Shown here: in pieces, positions 30,079-39,809 of the stretch | Layout of the letters: each line of letters begins with the position of its first letter | Position numbering within the stretch: the first letter of the stretch is position 1 | DNA from: Candidatus Magasanikbacteria bacterium GW2011_GWA2_37_8 | GTDB lineage: Bacteria > Patescibacteriota > Patescibacteriia > Magasanikbacterales > GWA2-37-8 | DNA length: 64,000 nucleotides | Direction: 5' to 3' | Assembly: GCA_000992085.1 (NCBI GenBank) | Contig: LBTN01000012.1 | Coordinates: 1,498 to 65,497, forward strand | Position numbers and translations under genes: made by a program | Notes under the pieces: generated by a model | What the model saw: only the letters and a program-made list of their open reading frames with translations | Databases searched by the model: none | Told to the model about the DNA's origin: nothing

Positions 30079-31608
30079 TTATCTAGCGTATTCTACCACG
30101 CGAGTTTCGCGAATAATAGTAACGCGAATTTCACCTGGATATTGTAATTCTTCTTCAATCTTGTGTGCAATATCTTTGGCTAGTTGGAAGGCATTGTAGT
30201 CGTCTACTTCGTTTGGTTTTACAAACACGCGTACTTCTCGTCCAGCTTGAATAGCATAAACTTTTTCAATGCCAGGGAAGCCACTAGCAGTTTTTTCTAA
30301 TTCTTCTAAACGAGCTACAAAGTGTTCGAAGGTGTCTTTGCGAGCACCCATTCTGGCGCCAGAGATTGCATCAGCCGCTTTAACTACAGTAGCATAAATG
30401 CTTTGTGGGTGGTCAAGGTGGTGGTCACGAGCAGCTTGGGCAACGTCTTCGTCCATATTGAATTTTTTGAGAATGGTATAGCCAATTTCTGGGTGAGAGC
30501 CTTGGGTTTCTTGATCAACGGCTTTACCAATATCATGGAAGAAACCGCATTTGCGAGCTTTGGCTTCTTCGAGTCCAAGTTCAGCAGCAATAATACCAGA
30601 AAGGTAAGCCACTTCCATAGAATGGTTGATAATATTTTGGCCATAGCTGGTGCGATATTTTAATCGGCCAACAATGTTTACTAATTTTGGATCAATGCCA
30701 GTAATCCCAATTTTGTACAAAGCTTCTTCGCCAGCTTTTTTAATATCCAAAGATAAATCTTGTTTAGCTTTGTCAACAAATTCTTCAATACGAGCAGGTT
30801 GAATACGGCCATCGGCCATTAATTTTTCTAATGCCAATCTGGCTACCTCACGACGAATAGGCGAGAAGCTAGAAATCATAATTGATTCTGGAGTATCGTC
30901 GATAACCAATTCGCAACCAGTTAATTTTTCGATCGTTTTAATGTTGCGACCTTCTTTCCCAATAATACGCCCCTTCATTTCTTCGCTTGGCAAATTAACA
31001 ATAGACGAAGTGGTTTCGGCAGCATGAGAAGAAGCAGTGCGTTGGATGGCGTCGATAACAATCTCTCGAGCTTTGTCTTCAAATTTGTCGGAAGACTCTC
31101 GTTCTAATTTCATTATTCTTGCCATCAAGTCGGTTTTGCTTTCTTCTTCTACCATTCCCAAAAGTTCGATTTTGGCTTCTTCTTTAGAAAGGTTGGCGAT
31201 AGCTTGTAATTTTTCGCCTTCTTGAATTTTGATTTGTTCGATTTCTAGTTTGATTTGTTTTACGCGATCTACTTTTTCTTGTAGTTTGGTTTGGTTTTCT
31301 TGAAATTCTATTAATTTTTGATCAAACATGCTTTCGCGACGCTCTAAACGTTGTTGGGCGGCATGAGCTTCTTGGCGAAGTTGTTTTTCTTCACGTTTAG
31401 CTTCGTCGATAATTTTTACGGCTTTTTCTTTGGCGTCTAAAACATACTCTTGTTGTTTGGTTTTGGCTTCGGCTAAAATACGGTCGGCCTTAGCTTCGAT
31501 TGAATTGGCTTGGGCCTGGGCAAGTTTTTTTCGTAAAAAATAGCCAGCCACAAAGCCAAGTGGTAAAGCAATAACGCCAGTAATTGCTAGGTAGATAATG
31601 TTGTCCAT
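30079..31608 (-). CDS. rny: Ribonuclease Y
   Basis: TM, coiled coil, KH (KGRIIGKEGRNI), HD (HDIGK), YAIQAGREVR. Confidence 0.98.
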   Translation of the reverse strand: MDNIIYLAITGVIALPLGFVAGYFLRKKLAQAQANSIEAKADRILAEAKTKQQEYVLDAKEKAVKIIDEAKREEKQLRQEAHAAQQRLERRESMFDQKLIEFQENQTKLQEKVDRVKQIKLEIEQIKIQEGEKLQAIANLSKEEAKIELLGMVEEESKTDLMARIMKLERESSDKFEDKAREIVIDAIQRTASSHAAETTSSIVNLPSEEMKGRIIGKEGRNIKTIEKLTGCELVIDDTPESIMISSFSPIRREVARLALEKLMADGRIQPARIEEFVDKAKQDLSLDIKKAGEEALYKIGITGIDPKLVNIVGRLKYRTSYGQNIINHSMEVAYLSGIIAAELGLEEAKARKCGFFHDIGKAVDQETQGSHPEIGYTILKKFNMDEDVAQAARDHHLDHPQSIYATVVKAADAISGARMGARKDTFEHFVARLEELEKTASGFPGIEKVYAIQAGREVRVFVKPNEVDDYNAFQLAKDIAHKIEEELQYPGEIRVTIIRETRVVEYAR

Positions 31609-31894
31609 AAAAAAATACCATCGGAATCATCCGGGTATTGTTATTTGATTGAATTAGGGCGAAGAAGCAAAAAATTAGGCGAAGATCTTTTCTAATGACA
31701 AAATTAGCGCGGTTTTGGCGTTAAAGATGTTGTTTTTTAGAGAAAGAAAAGCCATATTTTAGAGTAATTTTGCGTCTTTCGAATCCTAGTCAATCAGAGT
31801 GCTGGGCAGGTCTAGAAATAGTTATGCCGAGCTAACAAAACCGGTGGAATCCGTTAAATGTTAATTGCCTTAACTTGAGGATTAAGGTGAATAT

Positions 31895-31961
31895 ATAATA
31901 GCACAAAATGGTTTGGGTGTCAAGGATCTGTCTTGACAAAATCCGTACATTCATATATAAT
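31895..31961. promoter_or_regulatory. Back-to-back sigma70 promoters for rny (-) and rpsB (+)
   Basis: Minus: TTGACA(31923-18)-17-TATTAT(31900-895); plus: TTGACA(31933-38)-17-TATAAT(31956-61). Confidence 0.82.
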
Positions 31962-31975
31962 TTCAACACTTTAAT

Positions 31976-32053
31976 CACTCACTCGCCATTTTTTTCCTCC
32001 CTAGGACCACTCTTGGGGTGAGGCGAGGAGGCAATAAACCCGAAAGGGTTATA
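31976..32053 (+). promoter_or_regulatory. rpsB 5' leader (S2 autoregulatory, t44-like)
   Basis: cactcactcgcc...ggcgaggaggc..aaccc gaaa gggtt resembles rpsB leaders. Confidence 0.6.
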
Positions 32054-32061
32054 AGGAAAAT

Positions 32062-32919
32062 ATGACTGAGTTACCTACACTCATGGAAATGCTGAAGGCC
32101 GGTGTTCATTTTGGCCATCAGAATTCTCGTTGGCACCCAAAAATGCAACCATATTTATTTGGTTTGCGCAATGGTGTGCATATTATTAATTTGGAAAGCA
32201 CCCAAGAACAATTGGCAAAGGCTTTGGAATATGTAAAAACCCTGTCCAGCAAAGGCAAGGTTATTTTATTTGTTGGTATTAAGCGTCAAGCTCAACCAGT
32301 TATCAAGGCTGCCGCCGAAAGTTGTGGTATGCCATATTCTACAGAACGTTGGATTGGTGGATTACTTACTAACTTTAGCGAAGTAAAACAACGTCTAAAA
32401 AAATACAACACTTTAAAACAAGAAGTGGCTAGTGGTGAGGTAGAAAAATATACCAAAAAAGAACAATTAGATATTAAAAAAGATATTGCCAACATGGATA
32501 GATATTTGGGTGGTTTGGCCAATATCGATCGTTTGCCTGATGCTATGTTTGTGGCCGATATGCGTATATCTAAAACTGCAGTAGCCGAGGCTGAACGTAT
32601 GGGTGTGCCAATTGTGGGCGTGTGCGATAGTAATGTTAACCCAGAAAAAGCCGATTATGTTATTCCTGCCAACGACGACGCTGTAAACTCTATTAAATTA
32701 ATTGCTGATTTATTAGCCGAAGCTGTTAACGAAGGAAAAGCTATTTGGGAAAAGAATAAATTAGCGATTGATAAAGAAGTTAAAAAAGCAGCTGTTGCTC
32801 GTCCAGAAATTAGTGAAGAAAAAATGGCCGGCAAATCTTCTTTGGTAAAAGCAGTAGCTAAAAAAGCTGCGCCAAAAACTGCCGAACGTCGTCCAATGAA
32901 AGTTTCTGAATCAATTTAA
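32062..32919 (+). CDS. rpsB: 30S ribosomal protein S2
   Basis: AGVHFGH, RWIGGLLTNF, IPANDDA. Confidence 0.99.
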   Translation: MTELPTLMEMLKAGVHFGHQNSRWHPKMQPYLFGLRNGVHIINLESTQEQLAKALEYVKTLSSKGKVILFVGIKRQAQPVIKAAAESCGMPYSTERWIGGLLTNFSEVKQRLKKYNTLKQEVASGEVEKYTKKEQLDIKKDIANMDRYLGGLANIDRLPDAMFVADMRISKTAVAEAERMGVPIVGVCDSNVNPEKADYVIPANDDAVNSIKLIADLLAEAVNEGKAIWEKNKLAIDKEVKKAAVARPEISEEKMAGKSSLVKAVAKKAAPKTAERRPMKVSESI

Positions 32920-32951
32920 TATCTTCAAATAATTTATTTATCTTCAAAAAT

Positions 32952-33824
32952 ATGTCTATCACAACAGCGGATATATCAAAACTTAGAACTTCTACTGGTG
33001 CTGGTATGATGGATTGCAAGAATGCTTTGGAGGAAGCGGGTGGCGATATGGAAAAAGCCGCAGATATTCTGCGCAAAAAAGGAATTGTTAAAGCAGCTAA
33101 ACGAGCCGACAAAGTTGCTTCTGAAGGCAAGGTGGCAAGTTACATTACCCCTGATGCTAAAATCGGAGCCATTGTCGAAATTAATTCCGAAACCGATTTT
33201 GCGTCTAAAAGCGAAGATTTTGTTACTTTTGCTAGTGCTGTAGCCGAAACTATTGTAAAAGATAATCCAACTGATGTAGTTGCTTTATCTACATTAATGT
33301 TAAGTACTGGTAAAACTGTAGCTGATGCCATTAGCGACTTAACCATTAAAATTGGTGAAAAAATTAGTATTCGTCGATTTGTCCGATACGAATCTACTGG
33401 CACAGTAGTATCATATTTGCATGGTGCCAAAATTGGTATCTTGGTAGATATGGAAGGTGGCGACAAAGAATTAGGAATGGACGTGGCTATGCAAATTGCA
33501 GCTGCTAATCCAAAATCGGTTGGTCGCGAAGGAGTAGATGCTACTTTAATCGAAAAAGAACGTGAAATTTTTGCCGAACAACTTCGCCAACAAGGCAAAC
33601 CAGAAAATATTATCGAAAATATCTTAAAAGGTAAGATGGATAAATTTTATGGTGAAGTTTGTTTGCTTGAGCAGCCTTTTATCAAGAATGAAGAAATTAC
33701 TATTCAAAAGTTGGTAGAAGATAAGGGGGCAAAAGTAAACCGTTTTGTTCGTTACGAATTAGGTGAGGGAATCGAAAAACAAGAAAAAGATTTTGCTGCC
33801 GAAGTGGCCGAACAAATGCAATAA
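32952..33824 (+). CDS. tsf: Elongation factor Ts
   Basis: LRTSTGAGMMDCK, EINSETDF, IGEKI. Confidence 0.99.
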   Translation: MSITTADISKLRTSTGAGMMDCKNALEEAGGDMEKAADILRKKGIVKAAKRADKVASEGKVASYITPDAKIGAIVEINSETDFASKSEDFVTFASAVAETIVKDNPTDVVALSTLMLSTGKTVADAISDLTIKIGEKISIRRFVRYESTGTVVSYLHGAKIGILVDMEGGDKELGMDVAMQIAAANPKSVGREGVDATLIEKEREIFAEQLRQQGKPENIIENILKGKMDKFYGEVCLLEQPFIKNEEITIQKLVEDKGAKVNRFVRYELGEGIEKQEKDFAAEVAEQMQ

Positions 33825-33838
33825 AAATTGAATATACA

Positions 33839-33877
33839 AATACCCCCGACATTTATATGTTGGGGGTATTGTTTTTT
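33839..33877 (+). terminator. Terminator after tsf
   Basis: aatacccccgaca...tgttgggggtatt followed by T-run. Confidence 0.8.
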
Positions 33878-33906
33878 ATGGTTATTTACGTTAAAATATA
33901 TGCACT

Positions 33907-35121
33907 ATGATTAAATTAACTGTATTAAATAAAAGAGTTGGCCCCATTCGTGGTCGACATCCGTGGGTGTTTTCGGGGGCTTTAAAAAGTATTCCCGAAG
34001 GATTAGAAAGTGGTATGCCAGTTCATTTGGTAGATGAACAGGGTAAATTTTTAGCACAAGGATATTTTAATTCGTATTCACAGATTGCGGTGCGACTTTG
34101 GAGTTGGGAAGAATCCGAAGAAGTAAACCCAAGTTTTTTTGAAAACAGAATAAAAGCTGCTTGGGAGTTGCGACATAGTTTGGTAGAAAACAAAAAAACC
34201 AATGCCTTCCGAGTGATAAATAGTGAAAATGATTTGTTGCCAGGATTGGTAGTAGACAAATATGCTAATTATTTATCGGTGCAATTTCATACAGTAGGTT
34301 TAGAATTTTGGCGAGAACAAATTGTGGATGCTTTGGTTGGTATTGTTAAGCCAAAGGGAATTTTTGAACGTACTGATAACAAGAAAAATATCCGAGAAAA
34401 ATCTACAAATAATTTAGAAGATGATGCGGCACGATTATTGTATGGGAAAATGCCAGAAAAAATTGAAATTTTAGAAAATGGTTACAAATTTTTAGTAGAT
34501 ATTAAAGGTGGTCAAAAAACTGGTTTCTTTTTAGATCAACGCGACAAGCGCTCTGCTTTAGAAAAATATGTTAAAGGTAAAAGCGTTTTAAATTGTTATT
34601 CTTATACGGGTGGTTTTAGTGTTTATGCCTTGGGTGCCGGAGCAAAAAGAGTAGTAAGTGTAGATGTATCCGAAAAGGCATTAGAACTCGCCGAGGAAAA
34701 TATTAAATTAAATAAATCAGAAGAAAACAAAGCCGAATTTATTGGTGCTGATGTAAAAGCGTATTTAACTGGTTTAAGCGAAAATGACCCAGAATTAGGG
34801 AAAAATGATTTCTCAGTAATAATTTTGGATCCACCAGCCTTTGTTAAAGATCGACACAAAATTCGTGAAGGTTTGCAAGGTTACCGCAATATTAACGAAT
34901 TAGCTTTACGACTTTTGCCGCCAAATGGAATTTTGGTTACCGCTTCTTGTTCGGCTCATGTGTCGTTGGCAGATTTTAGATATATGTTATCGGAAGCTGC
35001 TGGTAGGGCAGGGCGAACAGTACAAATTTTAGAAACTTATACACACGGGATTGATCACCCAGAATTAGTAGCGTTTACTGAGGGAGAGTATTTAAAGTGT
35101 TTGTTTGCCTTAGTAAAGTAA
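33907..35121 (+). CDS. RlmI-like class I SAM rRNA methyltransferase
   Basis: PUA HPWVF, GQKTGFFLDQR, YTGGFS, ILDPPAF, DHP, YLK. Confidence 0.9.
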   Translation: MIKLTVLNKRVGPIRGRHPWVFSGALKSIPEGLESGMPVHLVDEQGKFLAQGYFNSYSQIAVRLWSWEESEEVNPSFFENRIKAAWELRHSLVENKKTNAFRVINSENDLLPGLVVDKYANYLSVQFHTVGLEFWREQIVDALVGIVKPKGIFERTDNKKNIREKSTNNLEDDAARLLYGKMPEKIEILENGYKFLVDIKGGQKTGFFLDQRDKRSALEKYVKGKSVLNCYSYTGGFSVYALGAGAKRVVSVDVSEKALELAEENIKLNKSEENKAEFIGADVKAYLTGLSENDPELGKNDFSVIILDPPAFVKDRHKIREGLQGYRNINELALRLLPPNGILVTASCSAHVSLADFRYMLSEAAGRAGRTVQILETYTHGIDHPELVAFTEGEYLKCLFALVK

Positions 35122-35271
35122 ATTGGATATACTAGTATAGCAACTTATATGTTTAATTATTTTTTTGCTTTTCTCGGCTGCGAAGCCTCGGGGATGAAAC
35201 CTGTGGGTTTCATAACCCGCTAAAAAATAATTAAACGTATAAATTAAAACTTAAATTTTAAATTTATTTTT

Positions 35272-36270
35272 ATGACAAATATCGCAATTAATGGTTTCGG
35301 CCGTATTGGCCGGCAGGCTTTTAAAGCTGCTTTTAAGAACAAAAGAATTAAAATTGTTGGCATTAACGATTTAACCGACACCAAAACTTTGGCACATCTT
35401 TTGCAATATGATACCGCCTATGGTAAATATGAATTGCCAGTAACATATGATGAAAAAAATATTATTGTTAAAGGCAAAAAGTTTCCAGTATTTGCCGAAA
35501 AAGATCCAAGTTTCTTGCCTTGGAAAAAATTAAAAGTAGATGTGGTTTTGGAATGTACTGGCCGATTTACCAATAAAGCCGGCGCAGAATTGCATGTAAA
35601 AGCTGGGGCGAATAAAGTAATTATTTCTGCTCCATCAAAAGGTCCTGAAATTCCAACTTATGTGCGATCGGTTAATTGTGGTAAAGTAGGAAAAGAAAAA
35701 TCATTAGTTATTAATAATGCTTCTTGTACCACCAATTGTATTGCCCCAGTAATGGCAATTTTGGATGAAAAATTTGGTATTGAAAAAGCTATGATGAGTA
35801 CAGTACATGGATATACTGCCGATCAAAATTTACAAGATGGCCCACACAAAGATTTGCGTCGGGCACGGGCAGCTGCAGAAAATATTGTGCCCACCACTAC
35901 CGGAGCTGCTAAAGCAGTGGGGGAGGTAAAAACAAATTTACAAGGTATCTTTGATGGTGTAGCTTTTCGCGTGCCAGTGCCTACTTGTTCATTATCAGAT
36001 ATTACCGCAGTTTTAAAAAAGAATGTTACTAAAGAAGAAATTAACAAAGCTTTAATCGATGCCGCCAAAACTGCTCGTTTCGCCGGAGTACTAGATGTAA
36101 CTTTTGAACCACTGGTTTCTTCAGATTTTGTAGGTAATAGTTATTCTTCGATTGTTGATGCCAGCCTAACTAACGTAGTGGGTGGAAATTTGATAAAGGT
36201 AGTTGCTTGGTATGATAACGAATATGGCTATGCCCATCGTTTAATAGAAATGGCAGAATTATTTGCTTAA
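35272..36270 (+). CDS. gap: Glyceraldehyde-3-phosphate dehydrogenase type I
   Basis: INGFGRIGR, NASCTTNC, WYDNE. Confidence 0.99.
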   Translation: MTNIAINGFGRIGRQAFKAAFKNKRIKIVGINDLTDTKTLAHLLQYDTAYGKYELPVTYDEKNIIVKGKKFPVFAEKDPSFLPWKKLKVDVVLECTGRFTNKAGAELHVKAGANKVIISAPSKGPEIPTYVRSVNCGKVGKEKSLVINNASCTTNCIAPVMAILDEKFGIEKAMMSTVHGYTADQNLQDGPHKDLRRARAAAENIVPTTTGAAKAVGEVKTNLQGIFDGVAFRVPVPTCSLSDITAVLKKNVTKEEINKALIDAAKTARFAGVLDVTFEPLVSSDFVGNSYSSIVDASLTNVVGGNLIKVVAWYDNEYGYAHRLIEMAELFA

Positions 36271-36279
36271 TAGTTTATT

Positions 36280-36618
36280 GTGTTAGAATATATCCATCAA
36301 AATTTGGTCGCTGGATGGTGGTTTGAATTAACTTTGGCAGAACAACTAGGGAATGTTGGAAGTGAGGTTGGTAGAGCGGTAAAATGGCATAATAAAAATA
36401 ATTTTAAAAACCGCAATTATGCATTAGACAGAGCGTTTGAATTACTTGATTTGACGATTTTGGATGAACGTTGGCGCGGTGTTAAGTTAAAAGAATTGTG
36501 TCGTGTGCGCGAGTTGTTGGCTGATACTTTTTATGGCGACAGAGAATATCACGACACGCCAGAGAATTTAGAAAAATATTTTTATCAATTTGCTTTGGCG
36601 GCGAGAATAAGTATTTAA
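36280..36618 (+). CDS. Hypothetical helical protein
   Basis: 112-aa GTG ORF, W-F-ELTLAEQLGNVGSEV; protein-like. Confidence 0.65.
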   Translation: MLEYIHQNLVAGWWFELTLAEQLGNVGSEVGRAVKWHNKNNFKNRNYALDRAFELLDLTILDERWRGVKLKELCRVRELLADTFYGDREYHDTPENLEKYFYQFALAARISI

Positions 36619-36620
36619 TT

Positions 36621-37580
36621 ATGTTCAAAACAGTCATCTTAAAATTAATTAACATTAAATATTCTGGCAATTCAATTGGCAACGATGTTCGTGTAGAAAT
36701 TAATGCGCTAAATAATTTTATCAGTGTTGACAAAAAAATTAAGAAAGGACAAAGTGTCGCGTGTCAAGAAACAGTTGGACAATTTTTTGTGGATGGTAAG
36801 TTTTTTAATCCGGAGATAAAAATTACTGTTATTGAAAAAGATTTGTTTTTTAATGATGTTGGAAGTATTTCGGTAAAATTAAAAATAGATTTGGAAAAAA
36901 ATACTACTCAAATTAATAAATGTCAGGTGGAAGTTTATGAAAAGCGTGGAAGAAAAAAAACAAAGAGTAAGCGTGGAGTGTTTGATTTAACATTGGAACC
37001 GACCGTTAAGACGCCTTTCGTTTATGTTCCGGAAACAAAAGATGGTTGGCTAGTTGTTCTGGATAGAAATGGTGAAGAAGTTTCGTTGCCGTCGTATCTC
37101 AAAGTGGAAGTGAAACGTCGAGAGTTAGGGCGCGAATATTTTACGATTTTAGAAGGTGCATTGCGTGGAGGAGAATATTCAGTTAAGTGTCCAGATGATA
37201 TTTCAGTTTTTATGATTAACGACAATCATCACACCAAGCTGGTGCAGGTTACTTACTCAATATCAAATAAAATTTTATGTTTGTCCGATAAGAAATATCA
37301 AACTACTGATTATGAAGGCGCGCCTTGGGTTAAAGGTTTGTATGATATAGAGATCCCAGATTTTCCTCATCCGGGAGGTTTGTATTATGATAATGCCAAA
37401 AATCCGACAGTATGGTTTCGTGTCGGCCATAGCGGTGAGCGTTATATCCATACCGGTCGTCATTCTTTAGGTTGTATTACTGTATTAGACCAAAAGAAAT
37501 GGGGAGAAATTTATAATATATTGATTAGAGCACGCAAAGGTGACGGCCAAAGCATCGGAGTATTAGAAGTTATTGAATAA
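36621..37580 (+). CDS. Hypothetical protein with C-terminal L,D-transpeptidase-like (DUF2778/Tlde1-like) motif
   Basis: YIHTGRHSLGCITV His-Ser-Gly-Cys motif near the C-terminus. Confidence 0.6.
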   Translation: MFKTVILKLINIKYSGNSIGNDVRVEINALNNFISVDKKIKKGQSVACQETVGQFFVDGKFFNPEIKITVIEKDLFFNDVGSISVKLKIDLEKNTTQINKCQVEVYEKRGRKKTKSKRGVFDLTLEPTVKTPFVYVPETKDGWLVVLDRNGEEVSLPSYLKVEVKRRELGREYFTILEGALRGGEYSVKCPDDISVFMINDNHHTKLVQVTYSISNKILCLSDKKYQTTDYEGAPWVKGLYDIEIPDFPHPGGLYYDNAKNPTVWFRVGHSGERYIHTGRHSLGCITVLDQKKWGEIYNILIRARKGDGQSIGVLEVIE

Positions 37581-38097
37581 TATGAAAGTAATTTACATTA
37601 AAATTGTTATAATATTAGCAATGACAATCGCGATAGCAACATTTGTGACGTGGCATTATCCATTTGGCGTAAAAAGCTACAAAGGTATAACGTTTGGTAT
37701 GGATACATTTGAAAAAGCTGGAGAATCCACCGGCTGGGCTTCGCCTGATGATCGTGTTCCAACCTCTAGTTTTTATGTACGCGCTTTCGGAGATGAATCT
37801 TTTTGTATTGGCTCGATGTGTGGTATAGGTGGATATTTTGTTGATTGTCTAGGTGGTTGGATTTCGGCTTATAGACAAGCGCAAATGTTAGATGATAGTA
37901 TTGATTTATCAATAGAAGATGTTGCTTCTGGGAAAGAGCTGGTGGTTACAGTTGCCAACGCCAACGGTAAAATTGTTGGCATTTATCCAGGCGCTCGAGT
38001 TAGAAATTTGCCATATATTTTGCGCAATCACCGTGATTTAATAGACGTGGAGAAATGGCAAATGTGTTCTAATATTTTGCCACGATGGTGGAAATAA
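37573..38097 (+). CDS. Membrane-anchored hypothetical protein
   Basis: N-terminal TM, several Cys, overlaps the upstream stop. Confidence 0.6.
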   Translation: MNNMKVIYIKIVIILAMTIAIATFVTWHYPFGVKSYKGITFGMDTFEKAGESTGWASPDDRVPTSSFYVRAFGDESFCIGSMCGIGGYFVDCLGGWISAYRQAQMLDDSIDLSIEDVASGKELVVTVANANGKIVGIYPGARVRNLPYILRNHRDLIDVEKWQMCSNILPRWWK

Positions 38098-38115
38098 TTT
38101 ATTTAATTTAATATT

Positions 38116-39504
38116 ATGCGTATTCCAATAATCGAAACAGTCGGTAAGGTGGGTGTTGAGGTAATTTTAAAAGGATGGGTGAATGCCAGACGTGATATGG
38201 GCAAGATTGTATTTTTGGATTTGCGCGATCGTTCGGCGGTGGCGCAAATTGTTGGCGTGCCAGCCGAAATGGATGAAAAATCTTTGGAAGAAATAAAACG
38301 TGTGCGTTTAGAATACTTGGTGGAATTACGTGGTATTGTGCAGGCTCGTAGTGAGAAACAAAAAAATCTCGAGATGCCAACTGGTACAATAGAAATTTTA
38401 GTTAAAGAAATAAAAATTATTTCTGAATCACAAGCCATGCCATTTGATGTTAGTCAAGATACACGCATAATTAGTGAGGAACTTCGTCTTAAATATCGTT
38501 ATTTAGATATTCGCAGTGAGCGTCTAAAAAAGAATTTGGAAATGCGCCACAAGATGAACCAGTTTTTACGTAATTATTTAACTGAGAAAAATTTTTGGGA
38601 GATTGAAACCCCGTATATTACCAAAGGCACGCCCGAAGGTGCGCGTGAGTTTTTGGTACCATCCAGATTACATCCCGGTAATTTTTATGTGTTACCGCAA
38701 TCGCCACAACAATTTAAACAGTTATTAATGGTAGCAGGAGTAGAAAAATATTTCCAAATTGCCAGATGTTTTCGTGATGAAGACAATCGTGGCGATCGTC
38801 AGCCAGAGTTTACTCAACTTGATATGGAAATGTCGTTTTTAGAAGAAAAAGATATAAGAAGTTTGATCGAAGAAATGACAATCGAATTAGTAGAAAAAGT
38901 TTTTCCACATTTACATATTTCACAAATACCTTTTCCAGTTTTAACTTATGCTGAAGCAATGGAAAAATATGGTAACGATAAACCAGATTTAAGAAAGGAC
39001 AAAAAAGATAAAACTGAATTAGCTTTTGGTTGGATAGTAGATTTTCCTTTGTTTGTAAAAAGTGAGACCGATGATTGTTTGGTGGCGTCCCACCATCCTT
39101 TTACACGACCACAAGATAGTGATTTAGAATTGCTTGATACTGCACCAGAAAAAGTAAAAGCCTGTGCTTATGATCTTGCTTTAAATGGTTTTGAAATTGC
39201 TGGTGGGAGTCTTCGTATTTTTGATCACGCTTTGCAAAAAAAGATTTTCCAAATTTTGGGTGTATCTGAAGAAGATATTAATATTCGCTTTGGTCATATA
39301 CTTGAAGCTTTTACCTTTGGTGTACCTCCACATGGTGGTATTGCTTTTGGTTTAGATAGATTAATCGCCATACTTCAAGGTGAAGAAAATATCCGCGAAG
39401 TAATTGCTTTCCCCAAAACCGGCGATGCTAGAGATCTAATGATGGGTGCACCAAGCACATTGCCAGAGCAAGCTTTAAAAGATGTGCATATTAAGTCAAT
39501 TTAG
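38116..39504 (+). CDS. aspS: Aspartate-tRNA ligase (short form lacking GAD domain)
   Basis: RRDMG..DLRD, TPEGAREF, PQSPQQFKQ, FRDED, PPHGGIAFGLDR. Confidence 0.97.
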   Translation: MRIPIIETVGKVGVEVILKGWVNARRDMGKIVFLDLRDRSAVAQIVGVPAEMDEKSLEEIKRVRLEYLVELRGIVQARSEKQKNLEMPTGTIEILVKEIKIISESQAMPFDVSQDTRIISEELRLKYRYLDIRSERLKKNLEMRHKMNQFLRNYLTEKNFWEIETPYITKGTPEGAREFLVPSRLHPGNFYVLPQSPQQFKQLLMVAGVEKYFQIARCFRDEDNRGDRQPEFTQLDMEMSFLEEKDIRSLIEEMTIELVEKVFPHLHISQIPFPVLTYAEAMEKYGNDKPDLRKDKKDKTELAFGWIVDFPLFVKSETDDCLVASHHPFTRPQDSDLELLDTAPEKVKACAYDLALNGFEIAGGSLRIFDHALQKKIFQILGVSEEDINIRFGHILEAFTFGVPPHGGIAFGLDRLIAILQGEENIREVIAFPKTGDARDLMMGAPSTLPEQALKDVHIKSI

Positions 39505-39522
39505 GAATTAGAAATTTTTATC

Positions 39523-39807
39523 ATGTTATCTGCCCTGCAAATAAACATTTTAAAGGAGTGTTATGAAAACAGGGGAAAAATTAATCGTCGTATATTTTTA
39601 CGGTTATACAAAGACAAAAAAACCAAAACCACACCTGTAAAAATTATTACCCAAAGTTTAGAACGCTTGATTCGTCGGGGGTATATTATTGGTTATTGTG
39701 TACACAAATCGGACAAGTGTTTTATAAGCGATATTAAAATTACCGCTCTTGGCAAACATACCTATGAAGATTGGTGGGAGAAGAGGCAAGCAAAATTACC
39801 ATTTTAA
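39523..39807 (+). CDS. Small basic hypothetical protein, possible winged helix
   Basis: LSALQINIL...SLERLIRRGYI...ITALG pattern. Confidence 0.55.
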   Translation: MLSALQINILKECYENRGKINRRIFLRLYKDKKTKTTPVKIITQSLERLIRRGYIIGYCVHKSDKCFISDIKITALGKHTYEDWWEKRQAKLPF

Positions 39808-39809
39808 AA

